Below, piece after piece: positions 55,159-55,307 of a stretch of 55,307 nt of DNA. Source of the DNA: a virus (lineage: Duplodnaviria; Caudoviricetes); IMG/VR virus record IMGVR_UViG_3300033143_003628, positions 1 to 55,307 of that record; one strand, 5' to 3'. Position numbers and translations under genes: made by a program. The notes below the pieces were generated by a model. The model saw only the letters and a list, made by a program, of their open reading frames with translations, was not told the origin of the DNA and searched no databases. Within the stretch, counting starts at the first letter, position 1; the number at the start of each line of letters is the position of its first letter.

Positions 55159-55300
55159 GTTATACGGGTGTCACAGGTAGAGGTGTGACGATGAAAGGTT
55201 AATAATAATAGGTGTTTATATACAAGTGTCACACTGTCACACCTTCAATATTAAAAAGTACTAGAGTATAAGTAAAAACAGGGTGTCACAGTGTCACACC
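55142..55300. repeat. cluster of TGTCAC(A) iteron-like repeats around AT-rich DNA; candidate origin or packaging site
   Basis: Exact TGTCACA at 55169, 55227, 55235, 55284, 55292; paired 18-mers GTGTCACA(C/G)TGTCACACC at 55226 and 55283. Confidence 0.7.
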
Positions 55301-55307
55301 CCCGACA

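Noticed and set aside
1-55307. Integrase, transposase, tRNA or rRNA genes
   Set aside because: No recognisable motifs or cloverleaf were found by eye. Lifestyle cannot be called because the genome is incomplete at the left edge.
1-55307. Alternative genetic code
   Set aside because: Core genes are intact and tightly packed under the standard bacterial code, and all three stop codons are used.

Overview
This window holds most of a tailed, contractile-tail (myovirus-type) phage genome with two convergent arms. The + arm (1-23.7 kb) begins mid-gene. It carries many small accessory genes, a Dam-type methylase, a Cas4-like nuclease, a putative holin/spanin cluster, a SNF2-like helicase, a putative SSB, a family A DNA polymerase, a RuvC-like resolvase, an early cassette behind a strong sigma70 promoter, and an SLT lysin. 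The - arm (55.1-23.6 kb) runs ParB-like, C5 methylase, terminase, portal, MuF, protease, capsid, neck, sheath/tube, tape measure, baseplate and fibres. I saw no integrase, tRNA or CRISPR array. Five things stand out. (1) The quasi-palindrome TGT(C/G)ACA is iterated genome-wide (about 63 copies by hand count versus about 7 expected), clusters at the right end and overlaps some promoters. (2) An unannotated 57-aa ORF in the replication arm resembles the N-terminus of the phage's own tail tube protein. (3) A candidate ~70-nt sRNA has a loop complementary to the GAAAGGAATT ribosome-binding site of several phage genes. (4) The prohead protease is fused to UDG-like and LigD-phosphoesterase-like domains. 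(5) A 3x14-bp repeat encodes a relay of mini-ORFs leading into the helicase start. All product calls come from motif recognition and synteny; no database searches were run.
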